From the human T2T-CHM13v2.0 reference genome, Homo sapiens: a stretch of 64,000 bases of DNA. The stretch lies in the NCBI RefSeq assembly GCF_009914755.1, contig NC_060947.1; one strand, given 5' to 3'. The notes beneath the pieces were generated by a model. That model did no database searches, was not told where the DNA came from, and saw nothing but the letters and a program-made list of their open reading frames with translations. Of this stretch, positions 12,401 through 27,400 are shown in pieces (the first letter of the stretch is position 1; every line of letters begins with the position of its first letter). Both the position numbers and the translations under genes were made by a program.

Positions 12401-15400
12401 AACTATCAAAGGAAGGTTCAACTCTGTGAATTGAATACAAACATCACAAAGAATGTTCTGAGTTTGCTTCCGTTCAGTTATGGGAAGTTGATCCCGTTTC
12501 CAACGAAATCCTCAGAGAGGTCCAAATATCCCCTCGCAGATTCTACAAAACGTGTGTTTGGAAACTGCTCCATCATAACGAATGTTCAGCTCCCTGAGTT
12601 AAACTCCATCGTCACAAAGAATTTTCTGAGAGTGCTACCGTCTGGTTTTTATATGAAGTTCTTTCCTTCACTACCACAGGCCTCAAAGCGGTCCAAATCT
12701 CCACTTGCAGATTCTACAAAAAGAGTGTTTGCAAACTGCTCTATCAAAAGGAATGTTCAACTCTGGGAGTTGAATGCAATCATCACAGAGCAGTTTCTGA
12801 GAATGCTTCTATGTCGTTTTTAGGAGAAGATATTTCCTTTTCCAACACAGTCCTCCAAGCCCGTTAAATAGCCACTTGCACATTGTAGAAAAAGTGTGTC
12901 AAAGCTGCGCTATCAAAGGGAAAGTTCAACTCTGTGAGGTGAATGCAAACATCCCAAAGAAGTTTCTGAGAATGCTTCCGTTTAGCTTTTAGGTGAAGAT
13001 TATCCCGTTTCCAACGAAACCTTCAAAGAGGTCCAAATATCCCCTTGCGGATCCCACAGAAAGAGTGTTTCGAAACTGCTGTTTCAAAAGGAATCTTCAA
13101 CTCTGTGAGTTGAATGCAATCATCACAAAGAAGTTTCTGACAATGCTTCTCTCTCGTCTTTCTGTGAAGATAAAGGAAAAGGCTTTCAGGCCTTTTCCAC
13201 CACAGGCCTGAAAGCGCTCCAAATGTCCACTTGCAGATTCTGCCAAAAGAATATTTCAAAACTGCTCTATGAAAAGCAATGTTAAACTCTGTGGCTGGAA
13301 CACAAACATCACAAAGCGGTTTCTGAGAATGTTTCAGTTTAGTTTTTCTGTGGAAATATTCCCGTTTCCAAAGAAATCTTCAAAGAGGTCCACGTATCCA
13401 CTTACAGATTCTACAAAAAGACAGTTTCAAAACTGCTCCATCAAAAGGAGGGTTCAACTGTGTGACTTGAATGCAATCATCACTCAGAAGTTTCTGAGAA
13501 TGCTTCTCTTTAGTTTTTACGTGAACATATACCCGTTTCGAACGAAGGCCACCCAGTGGTCCAAATATCCACTTGCAGATTCTACAGAAAGAGTGTTTCG
13601 AACCTGAACTCTCAAAGGCAGGTTCATCTCTGCGAGTTAAATGCATTCATCATGAAGAACTTTCTCAGAGTGTTTGTGTTTAGTTATGGGAAATTATTCC
13701 CGTTTCCAACGAAATCCTCAGAGTGGTCCAAATATCCACCTGCAGATTCTACCAAAAGTGTATTTGGAAACTGCTCCATCAAAAGGCATGTTCAGCTCTG
13801 TGAGTGAAACTCCATCATCACAAAGAATATTCTGAGAATGCTTCCGTTTGCCTTTTATCTGAAGTTCCTTCCTATACGACCGTAGGCCTCAAAGCAGTCC
13901 AAATCTCCATTTGCAGATTCTACAAAAAGAGTGATTCCAATCTGCTCTATCAATAGGATTGTTCAACTCCATGAGTTGAATGCCATCCTCACAAAGTAGT
14001 TTCTGAGAATGCTTCTATCTAGTTTTTATGTGAAGGTATTTCCTTTTCCACCACAGGCCTCCAAGCCCTCCAAACGTCCACTTGCAGATTCTCGAAAAAG
14101 AGTGTTTCATAGCTGCTCTTTCAAAAGGAAAGTTCAACTCTGGGAGTTGAATACAAACATCACAAAGTAGTTTCCGAGAATGCTTCTGTTTAGTTTTTAT
14201 GTGAAGATGATCCCGTTTCCAGTGAAATCTTCAAAGAGGTCCACATATCCCCTTGCAGATTCCAAAGAAAGAGGGTTTCAAAACTGCTCCATCAGAAGGA
14301 TTGTTCAACTCTGTGAGTTGAATGCAGTCATCGCAGAAAACTTTCTGAGAATGCTTCTGTCTAGGTTTGATGTGAAGATATAGACGTTTCAAACGAAGGC
14401 TACAAAGTGGTCAAAATATACACTTGCAGATTCTACTACAAGGGTGTTGCAAACCTGAACTATCAAAGGAAGGTTCAACTCTGTGAATTGAATACAAACA
14501 TCACAAAGAATGTTCTGAGTTTGCTTCCGTTCAGTTATGGGAAGTTGATCCCGTTTCCAACGAAATCCTCAGAGAGGTCCAAATATCCCCTCGCAGATTC
14601 TACAAAACGTGTGTTTGGAAACTGCTCCATCATAACGAATGTTCAGCTCCCTGAGTTAAACTCCATCGTCACAAAGAATTTTCTGAGAGTGCTACCGTCT
14701 GGTTTTTATATGAAGTTCTTTCCTTCACTACCACAGGCCTCAAAGCGGTCCAAATCTCCACTTGCAGATTCTACAAAAAGAGTGTTTGCAAACTGCTCTA
14801 TCAAAAGGAATGTTCAACTCTGGGAGTTGAATGCAATCATCACAGAGCAGTTTCTGAGAATGCTTCTATGTCGTTTTTAGGAGAAGATATTTCCTTTTCC
14901 AACACAGTCCTCCAAGCCCGCTAAATAGCCACTTGCACATTGTAGAAAAAGTGTGTCAAAGCTGCGCTATCAAAGGGAAAGTTCAACTCTGTGAGGTGAA
15001 TGCAAACATCCCAAAGAAGTTTCTGAGAATGCTTCCGTTTAGCTTTTAGGTGAAGATTATCCCGTTTCCAACGAAACCTTCAAAGAGGTCCAAATATCCC
15101 CTTGCGGATCCCACAGAAAGAGTGTTTCGAAACTGCTGTTTCAAAAGGAATCTTCAACTCTGTGAGTTGAATGCAATCATCACAAAGAAGTTTCTGACAA
15201 TGCTTCTCTCTCGTCTTTCTGTGAAGATAAAGGAAAAGGCTTTCAGGCCTTTTCCACCACAGGCCTGAAAGCGCTCCAAATGTCCACTTGCAGATTCTGC
15301 CAAAAGAATATTTCAAAACTGCTCTATGAAAAGCAATGTTAAACTCTGTGGCTGGAACACAAACATCACAAAGCGGTTTCTGAGAATGTTTCAGTTTAGT

Positions 15401-18400
15401 TTTTCTGTGGAAATATTCCCGTTTCCAAAGAAATCTTCAAAGAGGTCCACGTATCCACTTACAGATTCTACAAAAAGACAGTTTCAAAACTGCTCCATCA
15501 AAAGGAGGGTTCAACTGTGTGACTTGAATGCAATCATCACTCAGAAGTTTCTGAGAATGCTTCTCTTTAGTTTTTACGTGAACATATACCCGTTTCGAAC
15601 GAAGGCCACCCAGTGGTCCAAATATCCACTTGCAGATTCTACAGAAAGAGTGTTTCGAACCTGAACTCTCAAAGGCAGGTTCATCTCTGCGAGTTAAATG
15701 CATTCATCATGAAGAACTTTCTCAGAGTGTTTGTGTTTAGTTATGGGAAATTATTCCCGTTTCCAACGAAATCCTCAGAGTGGTCCAAATATCCACCTGC
15801 AGATTCTACCAAAAGTGTATTTGGAAACTGCTCCATCAAAAGGCATGTTCAGCTCTGTGAGTGAAACTCCATCATCACAAAGAATATTCTGAGAATGCTT
15901 CCGTTTGCCTTTTATCTGAAGTTCCTTCCTATACGACCGTAGGCCTCAAAGCAGTCCAAATCTCCATTTGCAGATTCTACAAAAAGAGTGATTCCAATCT
16001 GCTCTATCAATAGGATTGTTCAACTCCATGAGTTGAATGCCATCCTCACAAAGTAGTTTCTGAGAATGCTTCTATCTAGTTTTTATGTGAAGGTATTTCC
16101 TTTTCCACCACAGGCCTCCAAGCCCTCCAAACGTCCACTTGCAGATTCTCGAAAAAGAGTGTTTCATAGCTGCTCTTTCAAAAGGAAAGTTCAACTCTGG
16201 GAGTTGAATACAAACATCACAAAGTAGTTTCCGAGAATGCTTCTGTTTAGTTTTTATGTGAAGATGATCCCGTTTCCAGTGAAATCTTCAAAGAGGTCCA
16301 CATATCCCCTTGCAGATTCCAAAGAAAGAGGGTTTCAAAACTGCTCCATCAGAAGGATTGTTCAACTCTGTGAGTTGAATGCAGTCATCGCAGAAAACTT
16401 TCTGAGAATGCTTCTGTCTAGGTTTGATGTGAAGATATAGACGTTTCAAACGAAGGCTACAAAGTGGTCAAAATATACACTTGCAGATTCTACTACAAGG
16501 GTGTTGCAAACCTGAACTATCAAAGGAAGGTTCAACTCTGTGAATTGAATACAAACATCACAAAGAATGTTCTGAGTTTGCTTCCGTTCAGTTATGGGAA
16601 GTTGATCCCGTTTCCAACGAAATCCTCAGAGAGGTCCAAATATCCCCTCGCAGATTCTACAAAACGTGTGTTTGGAAACTGCTCCATCATAACGAATGTT
16701 CAGCTCCCTGAGTTAAACTCCATCGTCACAAAGAATTTTCTGAGAGTGCTACCGTCTGGTTTTTATATGAAGTTCTTTCCTTCACTACCACAGGCCTCAA
16801 AGCGGTCCAAATCTCCACTTGCAGATTCTACAAAAAGAGTGTTTGCAAACTGCTCTATCAAAAGGAATGTTCAACTCTGGGAGTTGAATGCAATCATCAC
16901 AGAGCAGTTTCTGAGAATGCTTCTATGTCGTTTTTAGGAGAAGATATTTCCTTTTCCAACACAGTCCTCCAAGCCCGCTAAATAGCCACTTGCACATTGT
17001 AGAAAAAGTGTGTCAAAGCTGCGCTATCAAAGGGAAAGTTCAACTCTGTGAGGTGAATGCAAACATCCCAAAGAAGTTTCTGAGAATGCTTCCGTTTAGC
17101 TTTTAGGTGAAGATTATCCCGTTTCCAACGAAACCTTCAAAGAGGTCCAAATATCCCCTTGCGGATCCCACAGAAAGAGTGTTTCGAAACTGCTGTTTCA
17201 AAAGGAATCTTCAACTCTGTGAGTTGAATGCAATCATCACAAAGAAGTTTCTGACAATGCTTCTCTCTCGTCTTTCTGTGAAGATAAAGGAAAAGGCTTT
17301 CAGGCCTTTTCCACCACAGGCCTGAAAGCGCTCCAAATGTCCACTTGCAGATTCTGCCAAAAGAATATTTCAAAACTGCTCTATGAAAAGCAATGTTAAA
17401 CTCTGTGGCTGGAACACAAACATCACAAAGCGGTTTCTGAGAATGTTTCAGTTTAGTTTTTCTGTGGAAATATTCCCGTTTCCAAAGAAATCTTCAAAGA
17501 GGTCCACGTATCCACTTACAGATTCTACAAAAAGACAGTTTCAAAACTGCTCCATCAAAAGGAGGGTTCAACTGTGTGACTTGAATGCAATCATCACTCA
17601 GAAGTTTCTGAGAATGCTTCTCTTTAGTTTTTACGTGAACATATACCCGTTTCGAACGAAGGCCACCCAGTGGTCCAAATATCCACTTGCAGATTCTACA
17701 GAAAGAGTGTTTCGAACCTGAACTCTCAAAGGCAGGTTCATCTCTGCGAGTTAAATGCATTCATCATGAAGAACTTTCTCAGAGTGTTTGTGTTTAGTTA
17801 TGGGAAATTATTCCCGTTTCCAACGAAATCCTCAGAGTGGTCCAAATATCCACCTGCAGATTCTACCAAAAGTGTATTTGGAAACTGCTCCATCAAAAGG
17901 CATGTTCAGCTCTGTGAGTGAAACTCCATCATCACAAAGAATATTCTGAGAATGCTTCCGTTTGCCTTTTATCTGAAGTTCCTTCCTATACGACCGTAGG
18001 CCTCAAAGCAGTCCAAATCTCCATTTGCAGATTCTACAAAAAGAGTGATTCCAATCTGCTCTATCAATAGGATTGTTCAACTCCATGAGTTGAATGCCAT
18101 CCTCACAAAGTAGTTTCTGAGAATGCTTCTATCTAGTTTTTATGTGAAGGTATTTCCTTTTCCACCACAGGCCTCCAAGCCCTCCAAACGTCCACTTGCA
18201 GATTCTCGAAAAAGAGTGTTTCATAGCTGCTCTTTCAAAAGGAAAGTTCAACTCTGGGAGTTGAATACAAACATCACAAAGTAGTTTCCGAGAATGCTTC
18301 TGTTTAGTTTTTATGTGAAGATGATCCCGTTTCCAGTGAAATCTTCAAAGAGGTCCACATATCCCCTTGCAGATTCCAAAGAAAGAGGGTTTCAAAACTG

Positions 18401-21400
18401 CTCCATCAGAAGGATTGTTCAACTCTGTGAGTTGAATGCAGTCATCGCAGAAAACTTTCTGAGAATGCTTCTGTCTAGGTTTGATGTGAAGATATAGACG
18501 TTTCAAACGAAGGCTACAAAGTGGTCAAAATATACACTTGCAGATTCTACTACAAGGGTGTTGCAAACCTGAACTATCAAAGGAAGGTTCAACTCTGTGA
18601 ATTGAATACAAACATCACAAAGAATGTTCTGAGTTTGCTTCCGTTCAGTTATGGGAAGTTGATCCAGTTTCCAACGAAATCCTCAGAGAGGTCCAAATAT
18701 CCCCTCGCAGATTCTACAAAACGTGTGTTTGGAAACTGCTCCATCATAACGAATGTTCAGCTCCCTGAGTTAAACTCCATCGTCACAAAGAATTTTCTGA
18801 GAGTGCTACCGTCTGGTTTTTATATGAAGTTCTTTCCTTCACTACCACAGGCCTCAAAGCGGTCCAAATCTCCACTTGCAGATTCTACAAAAAGAGTGTT
18901 TGCAAACTGCTCTATCAAAAGGAATGTTCAACTCTGGGAGTTGAATGCAATCATCACAGAGCAGTTTCTGAGAATGCTTCTATGTCGTTTTTAGGAGAAG
19001 ATATTTCCTTTTCCAACACAGTCCTCCAAGCCCGCTAAATAGCCACTTGCACATTGTAGAAAAAGTGTGTCAAAGCTGCGCTATCAAAGGGAAAGTTCAA
19101 CTCTGTGAGGTGAATGCAAACATCCCAAAGAAGTTTCTGAGAATGCTTCCGTTTAGCTTTTAGGTGAAGATTATCCCGTTTCCAACGAAACCTTCAAAGA
19201 GGTCCAAATATCCCCTTGCGGATCCCACAGAAAGAGTGTTTCGAAACTGCTGTTTCAAAAGGAATCTTCAACTCTGTGAGTTGAATGCAATCATCACAAA
19301 GAAGTTTCTGACAATGCTTCTCTCTCGTCTTTCTGTGAAGATAAAGGAAAAGGCTTTCAGGCCTTTTCCACCACAGGCCTGAAAGCGCTCCAAATGTCCA
19401 CTTGCAGATTCTGCCAAAAGAATATTTCAAAACTGCTCTATGAAAAGCAATGTTAAACTCTGTGGCTGGAACACAAACATCACAAAGCGGTTTCTGAGAA
19501 TGTTTCAGTTTAGTTTTTCTGTGGAAATATTCCCGTTTCCAAAGAAATCTTCAAAGAGGTCCACGTATCCACTTACAGATTCTACAAAAAGACAGTTTCA
19601 AAACTGCTCCATCAAAAGGAGGGTTCAACTGTGTGACTTGAATGCAATCATCACTCAGAAGTTTCTGAGAATGCTTCTCTTTAGTTTTTACGTGAACATA
19701 TACCCGTTTCGAACGAAGGCCACCCAGTGGTCCAAATATCCACTTGCAGATTCTACAGAAAGAGTGTTTCGAACCTGAACTCTCAAAGGCAGGTTCATCT
19801 CTGCGAGTTAAATGCATTCATCATGAAGAACTTTCTCAGAGTGTTTGTGTTTAGTTATGGGAAATTATTCCCGTTTCCAACGAAATCCTCAGAGAGCTCC
19901 AAATATCCACCTGCAGATTCTACCAAAAGTGTATTTGGAAACTGCTCCATCAAAAGGCATGTTCAGCTCTGTCAGTGAAACTCCATCATCACAAAGAATA
20001 TTCTGAGAATGCTTCCGTTTGCCTTTTATATGAAGTTCCTTCCTGTACTACCGTAGGCCTCAAAGCAGTCCAAATCTCCATTTGCAGATTCTACAAAAAG
20101 AGTGATTCCAATCTGCTCTATCAATAGGATTGTTCAACTCCATGAGTTGAATGCCATCCTCACAAAGTCGTTTCTGAGAATGCTTCTATCTGGTTTTTGT
20201 GTGAAGATATTTCCTTTTCCACCACAGGCCTCAAAGCCCTCCAAACGTCCACTTGCAGATTCTCGAAAAAGAGTGTTTCATAGCTGCTCTTTCAAAAGGA
20301 AAGTTCAACTCTGGGAGTTGAATACAAACATCACAAAATAGTTTCCGAGAATGCTTCTGTTTAGTTTTTATGTGAAGATGATCCCGTTTCCAGTGAAATC
20401 TTCAAAGAGGTCCACATATCCCCTTGCAGATTCCAAAGAAAGAGGGTTTAAAAACTGCTCCATCAGAAGGATTGTTCAACTCTGTGAGTTGAATGCAGTC
20501 ATCGCAGAAAACTTTCTGAGAATGCTTCTGTCTAGGTTTGATGTGAAGATATAGACGTTTCAAACGAAGGCTACAAAGTGGTCAAAATATACACTTGCAG
20601 ATTCTACTACAAGGGTGTTGCAAACCTGAACTATCAAAGGAAGGTTCAACTCTGTGAATTGAATACAAACATCACAAAGAATGTTCTGAGTTTGCTTCCG
20701 TTCAGTTATGGGAAGTTGATCCCGTTTCCAACGAAATCCTCAGAGAGGTCCAAATATCCCCTCGCAGATTCTACAAAACGTGTGTTTGGAAACTGCTCCA
20801 TCATAACGAATGTTCAGCTCCCTGAGTTAAACTCCATCGTCACAAAGAATTTTCTGAGAGTGCTACCGTCTGGTTTTTATATGAAGTTCTTTCCTTCACT
20901 ACCACAGGCCTCAAAGCGGTCCAAATCTCCACTTGCAGATTCTACAAAAAGAGTGTTTGCAAACTGCTCTATCAAAAGGAATGTTCAACTCTGGGAGTTG
21001 AATGCAATCATCACAGAGCAGTTTCTGAGAATGCTTCTATGTCGTTTTTAGGAGAAGATATTTCCTTTTCCAACACAGTCCTCCAAGCCCGCTAAATAGC
21101 CACTTGCACATTGTAGAAAAAGTGTGTCAAAGCTGCGCTATCAAAGGGAAAGTTCAACTCTGTGAGGTGAATGCAAACATCCCAAAGAAGTTTCTGAGAA
21201 TGCTTCCGTTTAGCTTTTAGGTGAAGATTATCCCGTTTCCAACGAAACCTTCAAAGAGGTCCAAATATCCCCTTGCGGATCCCACAGAAAGAGTGTTTCG
21301 AAACTGCTGTTTCAAAAGGAATCTTCAACTCTGTGAGTTGAATGCAATCATCACAAAGAAGTTTCTGACAATGCTTCTCTCTCGTCTTTCTGTGAAGATA

Positions 21401-24400
21401 AAGGAAAAGGCTTTCAGGCCTTTTCCACCACAGGCCTGAAAGCGCTCCAAATGTCCACTTGCAGATTCTGCCAAAAGAATATTTCAAAACTGCTCTATGA
21501 AAAGCAATGTTAAACTCTGTGGCTGGAACACAAACATCACAAAGCGGTTTCTGAGAATGTTTCAGTTTAGTTTTTCTGTGGAAATATTCCCGTTTCCAAA
21601 GAAATCTTCAAAGAGGTCCACGTATCCACTTACAGATTCTACAAAAAGACAGTTTCAAAACTGCTCCATCAAAAGGAGGGTTCAACTGTGTGACTTGAAT
21701 GCAATCATCACTCAGAAGTTTCTGAGAATGCTTCTCTTTAGTTTTTACGTGAACATATACCCGTTTCGAACGAAGGCCACCCAGTGGTCCAAATATCCAC
21801 TTGCAGATTCTACAGAAAGAGTGTTTCGAACCTGAACTCTCAAAGGCAGGTTCATCTCTGCGAGTTAAATGCATTCATCATGAAGAACTTTCTCAGAGTG
21901 TTTGTGTTTAGTTATGGGAAATTATTCCCGTTTCCAACGAAATCCTCAGAGAGCTCCAAATATCCACCTGCAGATTCTACCAAAAGTGTATTTGGAAACT
22001 GCTCCATCAAAAGGCATGTTCAGCTCTGTCAGTGAAACTCCATCATCACAAAGAATATTCTGAGAATGCTTCCGTTTGCCTTTTATATGAAGTTCCTTCC
22101 TGTACTACCGTAGGCCTCAAAGCAGTCCAAATCTCCATTTGCAGATTCTACAAAAAGAGTGATTCCAATCTGCTCTATCAATAGGATTGTTCAACTCCAT
22201 GAGTTGAATGCCATCCTCACAAAGTCGTTTCTGAGAATGCTTCTATCTGGTTTTTGTGTGAAGATATTTCCTTTTCCACCACAGGCCTCAAAGCCCTCCA
22301 AACGTCCACTTGCAGATTCTCGAAAAAGAGTGTTTCATAGCTGCTCTTTCAAAAGGAAAGTTCAACTCTGGGAGTTGAATACAAACATCACAAAATAGTT
22401 TCCGAGAATGCTTCTGTTTAGTTTTTATGTGAAGATGATCCCGTTTCCAGTGAAATCTTCAAAGAGGTCCACATATCCCATTGCAGATTCCAAAGAAAGA
22501 GGGTTTCAAAACTGCTCCATCAGAAGGATTGTTCAACTCTGTGAGTTGAATGCAGTCATCGCAGAAAACTTTCTGAGAATGCTTCTGTCTAGGTTTGATG
22601 TGAAGATATAGACGTTTCAAACGAAGGCTACAAAGTGGTCAAAATATACACTTGCAGATTCTACTACAAGGGTGTTGCAAACCTGAACTATCAAAGGAAG
22701 GTTCAACTCTGTGAGTTGAATACAAACATCACAAAGAATGTTCTGAGTTTGCTTCCGTTCAGTTATGGGAAGTTGATCCCGTTTCCAACGAAATCCTCAG
22801 AGAGGTCCAAATATCCCCTCGCAGATTCTACAAAACGTGTGTTTGGAAACTGCTCCATCATAACGAATGTTCAGCTCCCTGAGTTAAACTCCATCGTCAC
22901 AAAGAATTTTCTGAGAGTGCTACCGTCTGGTTTTTATATGAAGTTCTTTCCTTCACTACCACAGGCCTCAAAGCGGTCCAAATCTCCACTTGCAGATTCT
23001 ACAAAAAGAGTGTTTGCAAACTGCTCTATCAAAAGGAATGTTCAACTCTGGGAGTTGAATGCAATCATCACAGAGCAGTTTCTGAGAATGCTTCTATGTC
23101 GTTTTTAGGAGAAGATATTTCCTTTTCCAACACAGTCCTCCAAGCCCGCTAAATAGCCACTTGCACATTGTAGAAAAAGTGTGTCAAAGCTGCGCTATCA
23201 AAGGGAAAGTTCAACTCTGTGAGGTGAATGCAAACATCCCAAAGAAGTTTCTGAGAATGCTTCCGTTTAGCTTTTAGGTGAAGATTATCCCGTTTCCAAC
23301 GAAACCTTCAAAGAGGTCCAAATATCCCCTTGCGGATCCCACAGAAAGAGTGTTTCGAAACTGCTGTTTCAAAAGGAATCTTCAACTCTGTGAGTTGAAT
23401 GCAATCATCACAAAGAAGTTTCTGACAATGCTTCTCTCTCGTCTTTCTGTGAAGATAAAGGAAAAGGCTTTCAGGCCTTTTCCACCACAGGCCTGAAAGC
23501 GCTCCAAATGTCCACTTGCAGATTCTGCGAAAAGAATATTTCAAAACTGCTCTATGAAAAGCAATGTTAAACTCTGTGGCTGGAACACAAACATCACAAA
23601 GCGGTTTCTGAGAATGTTTCAGTTTAGTTTTTCTGTGGAAATATTCCCGTTTCCAAAGAAATCTTCAAAGAGGTCCACGTATCCACTTACAGATTCTACA
23701 AAAAGACAGTTTCAAAACTGCTCCATCAAAAGGAGGGTTCAACTGTGTGACTTGAATGCAATCATCACTCAGAAGTTTCTGAGAATGCTTCTCTTTAGTT
23801 TTTACGTGAACATATACCCGTTTCGAACGAAGGCCACCCAGTGGTCCAAATATCCACTTGCAGATTATACAGAAAGAGTGTTTCGAACCTGAACTCTCAA
23901 AGGCAGGTTCATCTCTGCGAGTTAAATGCATTCATCATGAAGAACTTTCTCAGAGTGTTTGTGTTTAGTTATGGGAAATTATTCCCGTTTCCAACGAAAT
24001 CCTCAGAGAGCTCCAAATATCCACCTGCAGATTCTACCAAAAGTGTATTTGGAAACTGCTCCATCAAAAGGCATGTTCAGCTCTGTCAGTGAAACTCCAT
24101 CATCACAAAGAATATTCTGAGAATGCTTCCGTTTGCCTTTTATATGAAGTTCCTTCCTGTACTACCGTAGGCCTCAAAGCAGTCCAAATCTCCATTTGCA
24201 GATTCTACAAAAAGAGTGATTCCAATCTGCTCTATCAATAGGATTGTTCAACTCCATGAGTTGAATGCCATCCTCACAAAGTCGTTTCTGAGAATGCTTC
24301 TATCTGGTTTTTGTGTGAAGATATTTCCTTTTCCACCACAGGCCTCAAAGCCCTCCAAACGTCCACTTGCAGATTCTCGAAAAAGAGTGTTTCATAGCTG

Positions 24401-27400
24401 CTCTTTCAAAAGGAAAGTTCAACTCTGGGAGTTGAATACAAACATCACAAAATAGTTTCCGAGAATGCTTCTGTTTAGTTTTTATGTGAAGATGATCCCG
24501 TTTCCAGTGAAATCTTCAAAGAGGTCCACATATCCCATTGCAGATTCCAAAGAAAGAGGGTTTCAAAACTGCTCCATCAGAAGGATTGTTCAACTCTGTG
24601 AGTTGAATGCAGTCATCGCAGAAAACTTTCTGAGAATGCTTCTGTCTAGGTTTGATGTGAAGATATAGACGTTTCAAACGAAGGCTACAAAGTGGTCAAA
24701 ATATACACTTGCAGATTCTACTACAAGGGTGTTGCAAACCTGAACTATCAAAGGAAGGTTCAACTCTGTGAGTTGAATACAAACATCACAAAGAATGTTC
24801 TGAGTTTGCTTCCGTTCAGTTATGGGAAGTTGATCCCGTTTCCAACGAAATCCTCAGAGAGGTCCAAATATCCCCTCGCAGATTCTACAAAACGTGTGTT
24901 TGGAAACTGCTCCATCATAACGAATGTTCAGCTCCCTGAGTTAAACTCCATCGTCACAAAGAATTTTCTGAGAGTGCTACCGTCTGGTTTTTATATGAAG
25001 TTCTTTCCTTCACTACCACAGGCCTCAAAGCGGTCCAAATCTCCACTTGCAGATTCTACAAAAAGAGTGTTTGCAAACTGCTCTATCAAAAGGAATGTTC
25101 AACTCTGGGAGTTGAATGCAATCATCACAGAGCAGTTTCTGAGAATGCTTCTATGTCGTTTTTAGGAGAAGATATTTCCTTTTCCAACACAGTCCTCCAA
25201 GCCCGCTAAATAGCCACTTGCACATTGTAGAAAAAGTGTGTCAAAGCTGCGCTATCAAAGGGAAAGTTCAACTCTGTGAGGTGAATGCAAACATCCCAAA
25301 GAAGTTTCTGAGAATGCTTCCGTTTAGCTTTTAGGTGAAGATTATCCCGTTTCCAACGAAACCTTCAAAGAGGTCCAAATATCCCCTTGCGGATCCCACA
25401 GAAAGAGTGTTTCGAAACTGCTGTTTCAAAAGGAATCTTCAACTCTGTGAGTTGAATGCAATCATCACAAAGAAGTTTCTGACAATGCTTCTCTCTCGTC
25501 TTTCTGTGAAGATAAAGGAAAAGGCTTTCAGGCCTTTTCCACCACAGGCCTGAAAGCGCTCCAAATGTCCACTTGCAGATTCTGCCAAAAGAATATTTCA
25601 AAACTGCTCTATGAAAAGCAATGTTAAACTCTGTGGCTGGAACACAAACATCACAAAGCGGTTTCTGAGAATGTTTCAGTTTAGTTTTTCTGTGGAAATA
25701 TTCCCGTTTCCAAAGAAATCTTCAAAGAGGTCCACGTATCCACTTACAGATTCTACAAAAAGACAGTTTCAAAACTGCTCCATCAAAAGGAGGGTTCAAC
25801 TGTGTGACTTGAATGCAATCATCACTCAGAAGTTTCTGAGAATGCTTCTCTTTAGTTTTTACGTGAACATATACCCGTTTCGAACGAAGGCCACCCAGTG
25901 GTCCAAATATCCACTTGCAGATTCTACAGAAAGAGTGTTTCGAACCTGAACTCTCAAAGGCAGGTTCATCTCTGCGAGTTAAATGCATTCATCATGAAGA
26001 ACTTTCTCAGAGTGTTTGTGTTTAGTTATGGGAAATTATTCCCGTTTCCAACGAAATCCTCAGAGAGCTCCAAATATCCACCTGCAGATTCTACCAAAAG
26101 TGTATTTGGAAACTGCTCCATCAAAAGGCATGTTCAGCTCTGTCAGTGAAACTCCATCATCACAAAGAATATTCTGAGAATGCTTCCGTTTGCCTTTTAT
26201 ATGAAGTTCCTTCCTGTACTACCGTAGGCCTCAAAGCAGTCCAAATCTCCATTTGCAGATTCTACAAAAAGAGTGATTCCAATCTGCTCTATCAATAGGA
26301 TTGTTCAACTCCATGAGTTGAATGCCATCCTCACAAAGTAGTTTCTGAGAATGCTTCTATCTAGTTTTTATGTGAAGGTATTTCCTTTTCCACCACAGGC
26401 CTCCAAGCCCTCCAAACGTCCACTTGCAGATTCTCGAAAAAGAGTGTTTCATAGCTGCTCTTTCAAAAGGAAAGTTCAACTCTGGGAGTTGAATACAAAC
26501 ATCACAAAGTAGTTTCCGAGAATGCTTCTGTTTAGTTTTTATGTGAAGATGATCCCGTTTCCAGTGAAATCTTCAAAGAGGTCCACATATCCCCTTGCAG
26601 ATTCCAAAGAAAGAGGGTTTCAAAACTGCTCCATCAGAAGGATTGTTCAACTCTGTGAGTTGAATGCAGTCATCGCAGAAAACTTTCTGAGAATGCTTCT
26701 GTCTAGGTTTGCTGTGAAGATATAGACGTTTCAAATGAAGGCTACAAAGTGGTCAAAATATACACTTGCAGATTCTACTACAAGGGTGTTGCAAACCTGA
26801 ACTATCAAAGGAAGGTTCAACTCTGTGAGTTGAATACAAACATCACAAAGAATGTTCTGAGTTTGCTTCCGTTCAGTTATGGGAAGTTGATCCCGTTTCC
26901 AACGAAATCCTCAGAGAGGTCCAAATATCCCCTCGCAGATTCTACAAAACGTGTGTTTGGAAACTGCTCCATCATAACGAATGTTCAGCTCCCTGAGTTA
27001 AACTCCATCGTCACAAAGAATTTTCTGAGAGTGCTACCGTCTGGTTTTTATATGAAGTTCTTTCCTTCACTACCACAGGCCTCAAAGCGGTCCAAATCTC
27101 CACTTGCAGATTCTACAAAAAGAGTGTTTGCAAACTGCTCTATCAAAAGGAATGTTCAACTCTGGGAGTTGAATGCAATCATCACAGAGCAGTTTCTGAG
27201 AATGCTTCTATGTCGTTTTTAGGAGAAGATATTTCCTTTTCCAACACAGTCCTCCAAGCCCGCTAAATAGCCACTTGCACATTGTAGAAAAAGTGTGTCA
27301 AAGCTGCGCTATCAAAGGGAAAGTTCAACTCTGTGAGGTGAATGCAAACATCCCAAAGAAGTTTCTGAGAATGCTTCCGTTTAGCTTTTAGGTGAAGATT

